DNA of 62,846 bases from Candidatus Latescibacterota bacterium (lineage in GTDB: Bacteria; Latescibacterota; 4484-107). The stretch spans positions 1 through 62,846 of the forward strand of contig JAZDJA010000164.1 of NCBI GenBank assembly GCA_043804415.1, given 5' to 3'. Numbering within the stretch: position 1 is the first letter of the stretch; each line of letters starts with the position of its first letter. The notes under the pieces were generated by a model, which was given only the letters and a program-made list of their open reading frames with translations, made no database searches and was not told the DNA's origin. The position numbers and the translations under genes were made by a program. Shown piece after piece: positions 58,551 to 62,846 of this stretch.

Positions 58551-59648
58551 ATGCCGTTTGACGAAGTGATTGGCCAGACGCGGCCCAAGAAGATTCTAAA
58601 CGGGTTGCTGACCTCAGGACGTCTTCCCCACGCGCTCCTGTTGCATGGTCCGGATGGGATCGGCAAGAAGGCGTTGGCAATCCGGATCGCGATGGCCGTA
58701 AATTGTGGGTCCTCGCCTGCCGATCCGTGCGGCAAGTGCCCGGCATGCCGAAATATCTCCGCGCTTTTTCATCCCGATCTGACGGTGCTTTATCCGAGAC
58801 CGGCCACCAGCAAGCCGGAGGAGGAGGTCGCTTTTCTTCGCGCCCTGGCGGAGAATCCCTACCGTGTTCCACAGCCCGCTCGAAACCTGACCATTCCCAT
58901 GCCCAAGAAAAGAGCGCAGGAATTGCGGAGAAACGCGGTTCTCCGTCCGTTTGAGGCCAAACGAAAAGTGGTTCTGATCTTCGACGTGGACTATATGCCG
59001 GATACGGTCAATGCCCTTTTGAAAATGCTGGAGGAACCGCCGAATGAGATGCTTTTTGTATTGACCACTTCCCGTCCGGGTTCGGTACTGCCCACCATTC
59101 TGTCCCGATGTCAGTTGCTCGGGCTCGGGAGACTGTCAGATCAGGAGATCGAGGAGGCCCTTGCAAAACGTGGTGGCGTCTCGATCGAAACCGTTCGATT
59201 GACCGCGAAACTTGCGGATGGGAATCTGACCCGAGCTTACGAGATGCTCGACAACGAGGATCTGGAAGGGGGACGGGAGGCTGCCTTCGAGTTTCTTCGG
59301 CTCTCGATGGCAGGAACTTCTCTCCAGGCACTCGAATGGGCCGAATCCTGGACGAAAAATAAAGAGAATCCTTCACCGGAGCAGTTTGTAAAATGGATGC
59401 TTCTGTGGATTCGGGACGCTTTTTTGCACCTTCAGGGGCTCTCCCACGGAGCGACCAACCGAGACCGAATCACCGACGTAATCTGGCTGGCCACCATGAT
59501 GTCCGATCGAATGGTCGAGGAGATGGTTGCGGAGACCGAGCGGGCCATGGAGATGATAGAACGCAATGTGAATATGCAGTTGGTGCTTTTGCACATCATG
59601 AGCGCATTTCGGAAGAAAGCATGCAAGGCAGAGAAGAAAGAAAGATAA
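58551..59648 (+). CDS. holB: DNA polymerase III subunit delta'
   Basis: 365 aa. LPHALLLHGPDGIGKK, Zn module CGKCPACRN, NALLKMLEEPP. Confidence 0.9.
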   Translation: MPFDEVIGQTRPKKILNGLLTSGRLPHALLLHGPDGIGKKALAIRIAMAVNCGSSPADPCGKCPACRNISALFHPDLTVLYPRPATSKPEEEVAFLRALAENPYRVPQPARNLTIPMPKKRAQELRRNAVLRPFEAKRKVVLIFDVDYMPDTVNALLKMLEEPPNEMLFVLTTSRPGSVLPTILSRCQLLGLGRLSDQEIEEALAKRGGVSIETVRLTAKLADGNLTRAYEMLDNEDLEGGREAAFEFLRLSMAGTSLQALEWAESWTKNKENPSPEQFVKWMLLWIRDAFLHLQGLSHGATNRDRITDVIWLATMMSDRMVEEMVAETERAMEMIERNVNMQLVLLHIMSAFRKKACKAEKKER

Positions 59649-59811
59649 ACTGAGACAGACGGAGACAAACAGAGAGGAGCGGGAAGAGAAAGGGTGACGA
59701 AAAGGCGACGCATTCAATCTGCGCGCGTGGACAGGGCCGCTCTGCCTGCTTTCCCTTTTCCCTTGCCCTATTTCTTTTGGTATGCTATAGTGCCCTCCGA
59801 GGAGGTTCAAA

Positions 59812-61047
59812 TTGGTGGAAAGAGAACAAGACGGCTTGGCGGAAGCACGGGAACTCCTTGAAGACATTGGAGAAGACGTGACCATAGAGGACCCGGTCAA
59901 CGAAGATTCGGCCGCAGAGGAAGCTCCGCAGCAGAAGGAAAGGGAAATTTTTGAGGTGGGTTTCAAGGGAGAACGCAGCGCGTTTTTCCTCAATCCGCAA
60001 CAGATTCCCATCGGTGTGGGGGATTCGGTGATCGTAGAGGCGGATCGGGGGGAGGATCTCGGACGCGTTCTGGAAAATCGGAAATGGTGCAAGCGAAAAC
60101 AAATGGGAGTGCCCAGGCCCATTCTCAGAAAAGCAACCCGGGAAGAGGTGCGCAGTCTCAAGGGCAAGGAGCAGTTGGAGAAGGAAACCTATCAGTTCTG
60201 CAAGGAGAAAATCGCGGAGCATGGGTTGCAGATGAAATTGGTGGATGTGGAGCGCCAGTTCGATGGGAACAAGATCTGTTTCCTGTTCACAGCGGATAAG
60301 CGGGTGGATTTCAGGCAGTTGGTTAAGGATTTGGCTGCGGTCTATAAAACGCGGATTGATCTGAGGCAGATCGGCGTGCGGGATGAGGCTGGGCGGTTCG
60401 GGGGATATGGCCCCTGCGGAAGAAAATTGTGTTGCTCGTCCTTTATCGAGGAATTTGAACCGGTTTCTGCGCAGATGGCCAAAGAACAGCACCTGGCCCT
60501 TTCACCGGCCAAGATATCCGGCGTCTGTGGTCGATTGATGTGCTGTCTTCGGTATGAGCAGGATTTCTACCGCGCAGCCGCGAGCAGCTTCCCGAAAATC
60601 GGAGCGAAACTCTCGATTGACGGGCGGGCATGCGAAATCTGCAAGACGGATATCTTCCACGATCAGGTTCGGGTGCGGGATGGCGAAGGGCACGAAGAAA
60701 ACCTGTCTGTGGAGGATGCGAAGGCCAATCTGGTTTCCCGAAAGAAGTCGCCGCCTCGGAACCGCAGGAACTCCCGTCCGGACCCTATGAGTGCAGAAGA
60801 GAACCCGGCAAGCACCGAAAAGGATGCCGAGCGTGCGGAGGAGAATTCGGATGGCGCCGAGATAGATCCGAGCAGTACCGGAAAGGATCCGGGCACGATG
60901 GAGAAAAACGCGAGAAACAGGGGCCGGGATTCGAGAAATCGAGGCCGAGATTCCAGAAACAGCGGCAAGGACTCCGGAAACAACGGCAAAGATTCGAGGA
61001 ACACCGGCAGGGACTACGGAGGCACTGAGAAGGAGCCCCCGGAATAG
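59812..61047 (+). CDS. PSP1-domain protein (RicT/YaaT family) with an acidic N-terminal extension and a repetitive basic C-terminal tail
   Basis: 411 aa. GTG start with GAGGAGG RBS. Cys-rich core GYGPCGRKLCC...GVCGRLMCCL. It follows holB as in Bacillus holB-yaaT. Confidence 0.85.
   Translation: MVEREQDGLAEARELLEDIGEDVTIEDPVNEDSAAEEAPQQKEREIFEVGFKGERSAFFLNPQQIPIGVGDSVIVEADRGEDLGRVLENRKWCKRKQMGVPRPILRKATREEVRSLKGKEQLEKETYQFCKEKIAEHGLQMKLVDVERQFDGNKICFLFTADKRVDFRQLVKDLAAVYKTRIDLRQIGVRDEAGRFGGYGPCGRKLCCSSFIEEFEPVSAQMAKEQHLALSPAKISGVCGRLMCCLRYEQDFYRAAASSFPKIGAKLSIDGRACEICKTDIFHDQVRVRDGEGHEENLSVEDAKANLVSRKKSPPRNRRNSRPDPMSAEENPASTEKDAERAEENSDGAEIDPSSTGKDPGTMEKNARNRGRDSRNRGRDSRNSGKDSGNNGKDSRNTGRDYGGTEKEPPE
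60913..61017 (+). repeat. five in-frame 21-bp tandem repeats (RNRGRDS-type heptads) in the PSP1 gene tail
   Basis: RNRGRDS RNRGRDS RNSGKDS GNNGKDS RNTGRDY. Confidence 0.85.
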
Positions 61048-61229
61048 CCGTGCCTGAAGCCAAAACACTGGGTCTCGCAAGAAGGCGGCAGACGAACAAA
61101 TGGACGCCAAGGCGCAAGGCGGTCAAAGTGGATTGGCACGATCCCCCAGGGATGTCCCGAACAGCAGCACCAAACCCCTCAAAAGAGGTGGGACGGCAAC
61201 AGGGGGCAAGGTTGCGCGTGAGAAGCGAG

Positions 61230-61259
61230 GGGGAGCGGCTGGATGCTCCCCAACTTTTT
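61230..61259 (+). terminator. intrinsic terminator after the PSP1 gene
   Basis: ggggagc-ggctggat-gctcccc aac ttttt. Confidence 0.6.
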
Positions 61260-61329
61260 GGCTGGTAAGTCACGTCCCTGCGGCTTTGTTCAGGTCGTAT
61301 TTCGTTTGGAAAACCGAAGAGAGGATTCG

Positions 61330-62846
61330 ATGGCTGAGAAATTCTATATAACGACCGCCATTGACTATGCAAACGATCTTCCGCACGTGGGCACGGCCTA
61401 CGAAAAAATCTGTGCGGATGCGATCGCCCGATATAAGCGGCTGGCCGGATATGATGTCTATTTTACGATGGGAAACGACGAGCACAGCATCAACGTAAAA
61501 AAGGAGGCGGATCGCCTTGGGTATACGGACACCACCGCCTATTGCGATCTGATGGCGGATCGGTTTGAGGAGGTCTGGAGCAAGCTTCACATCTCGTATA
61601 GCGATTTTATCCGGACCACGGAGCCGAGGCATCTTGTGGGGGTGCAGAAACTCTTCCAAAAGATTTTTGACTCCGGGGATATCTACAAAGGACACTATGA
61701 GGGTTTCTATTGCGAATCGTGCGAGGCCTTTCTCGGGGAGAAGGATCTTGACGAGGGCCTCTGTCCGCATCATAAACGGAAGCCCAAGTGGATTCAGGAG
61801 GAGAACTACTTTTTCGCCCTGTCGAAATATCAGAATCGCCTGCTCGAGCACGTGACGAGCCATCCGGATTTTATCCGTCCGGAGTCGCGGCGAAACGAGA
61901 TCTTAAGCCTGATTAGGGGCGGGTTGGAGGATATCAGCATCTCCCGCGCCACGTTCGACTGGGGCATTCCGCTTCCGATGGCGCCCTCGCACGTCATCTA
62001 TGTGTGGGTCGATGCCTTGTCAAACTACATCACCGTACTCGGTTACGGGGAAAAGCACAGCGATCTCTGGCGGTATTGGCCCGCGGACGTGCACCTGATC
62101 GGCAAGGACATCACCCGGTTTCACTGCGTGATCTGGGCGGCGATGCTGCTCTCTGCGGGCATTGACCTTCCCAAGACCATCTTTGGCCACGGGTTCATCG
62201 ATTTTGAGGGACGGAAGATGAGCAAGTCCTCGCGTCACGTGGTGCAACCCTTGGAGGCGGTGGAGCGGTACGGAGCCGATGCGCTCCGTTATTTCTTGCT
62301 TCGGGAGGTGACCTTCGGACAGGATGGGGACTTTTCCTGGGAGCGTTTTGCCCAGCGGTATAACGCAGATCTGGCGAACGATCTGGGGAATCTGTTGAGC
62401 CGGGCCATGGCCATGGTGGGTCGCTATTTTGAGGGGGTGGTTCCAGCGCGGGATCCTTCTGGGGATCCCATTTTGATGGAGACTGCCCTGAATGCTTTTG
62501 AGCGGGTGGATGCGGCGATGTCCGATCTCCGGCTTCATACTGCGCTGGATGCCGTCTGGGAGCTGGTACGAGCCGCCAACCGCTACGTGGAGGACAAAGC
62601 GCCATGGACATTGGCCAAAGATCCGTCCACACGCGCCGAGCTCTCGACATGCCTGTATGATCTGTTGGAAACCCTCCGGCATCTGGGCTTACTGCTCTAT
62701 CCCTTCATGCCGGAAAGATCCGAAGAAATCTGGCGTCAATTGGGGTTGGATGCCCCGCTCGCCGATCAGCGGATCGAAACCCTGAGGCGGTGGAACGGGA
62801 TGAAACCCGGAGCGAGGCTATCCAAGGGGGAGGCCCTTTTTCCGCG
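61330..62846 (+). CDS. metG: methionine--tRNA ligase, 3' end outside the window
   Basis: Not in the ORF track because no stop is reached. My own translation: MAEKFYITTAIDYANDLPHVGTAYEKI... (HIGH-class motif) ...GRKMSKSSRH (KMSKS) ...YPFMPERSEEIW. GAGAGGA RBS. Confidence 0.93.
   Translation, partial: MAEKFYITTAIDYANDLPHVGTAYEKICADAIARYKRLAGYDVYFTMGNDEHSINVKKEADRLGYTDTTAYCDLMADRFEEVWSKLHISYSDFIRTTEPRHLVGVQKLFQKIFDSGDIYKGHYEGFYCESCEAFLGEKDLDEGLCPHHKRKPKWIQEENYFFALSKYQNRLLEHVTSHPDFIRPESRRNEILSLIRGGLEDISISRATFDWGIPLPMAPSHVIYVWVDALSNYITVLGYGEKHSDLWRYWPADVHLIGKDITRFHCVIWAAMLLSAGIDLPKTIFGHGFIDFEGRKMSKSSRHVVQPLEAVERYGADALRYFLLREVTFGQDGDFSWERFAQRYNADLANDLGNLLSRAMAMVGRYFEGVVPARDPSGDPILMETALNAFERVDAAMSDLRLHTALDAVWELVRAANRYVEDKAPWTLAKDPSTRAELSTCLYDLLETLRHLGLLLYPFMPERSEEIWRQLGLDAPLADQRIETLRRWNGMKPGARLSKGEALFP

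Overview
This 62.8-kb contig fragment comes from a high-GC bacterium with a Gram-negative-type envelope, shown by a TonB-dependent receptor, a T9SS-type C-terminal sorting domain and a YbgF/CpoB-like TPR protein. An FCB-group-like uncultured lineage is my inference only. Most of the window is ordinary housekeeping DNA. On the minus strand: purC, glgA, an MFS transporter, eno, proB, hisF-hisA-hisH, proC and ilvE. On the plus strand: tRNA-Leu(UAG), tig-clpP-clpX-lon, engB, a class-V aminotransferase, recN, a nikKMLQO-type ECF Ni/Co transporter, dprA, a fused EcfA1-EcfA2 ATPase, an M23 peptidase plus bactofilin, atpZ-I-B-E-E-F-H-A-G (no atpD or atpC), accD, holB plus a PSP1/RicT gene, and a 3'-truncated metG. 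There are no rRNA genes, no CRISPR array and no transposase or integrase. The clear accessory region is a low-GC island at about 22.5-26.1 kb, between the aminotransferase gene and a cobalamin riboswitch. It holds three to four small toxin-antitoxin-like modules, one of them visibly decayed, and a 47-nt degenerate partial copy of the downstream riboswitch. It also holds a promoter-equipped two-gene cassette, a DUF262/ParB-like protein without the usual nuclease half followed by a small HEPN (Rx4-6H) protein. That cassette is my best candidate for an uncharacterised defence or abortive-infection system. Other notable points follow. (1) A B12 riboswitch controls a btuB-like receptor plus a secreted beta-propeller, a BtuG-like candidate. 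(2) The F-type ATP synthase has a fused double-hairpin c subunit in which one ion site is dead, next to a normal c subunit. (3) A 33-bp x3 in-frame tandem repeat lies in atpB. (4) A 149-bp element bounded by inverted repeats sits upstream of ecfA. (5) Short CACGGAT palindromic motifs cluster in amino-acid biosynthesis leaders. (6) Several frame disruptions occur: clpP at a (CA)n run, and a nuclease and the MFS gene at homopolymers. Together with a poly-C contig end these suggest assembly indels. (7) There are two genuine-looking pseudogenes. Many TTGACA-N17-TATNTT promoters are visible. All functional calls rest on motifs I recognise by eye. No database search was possible.
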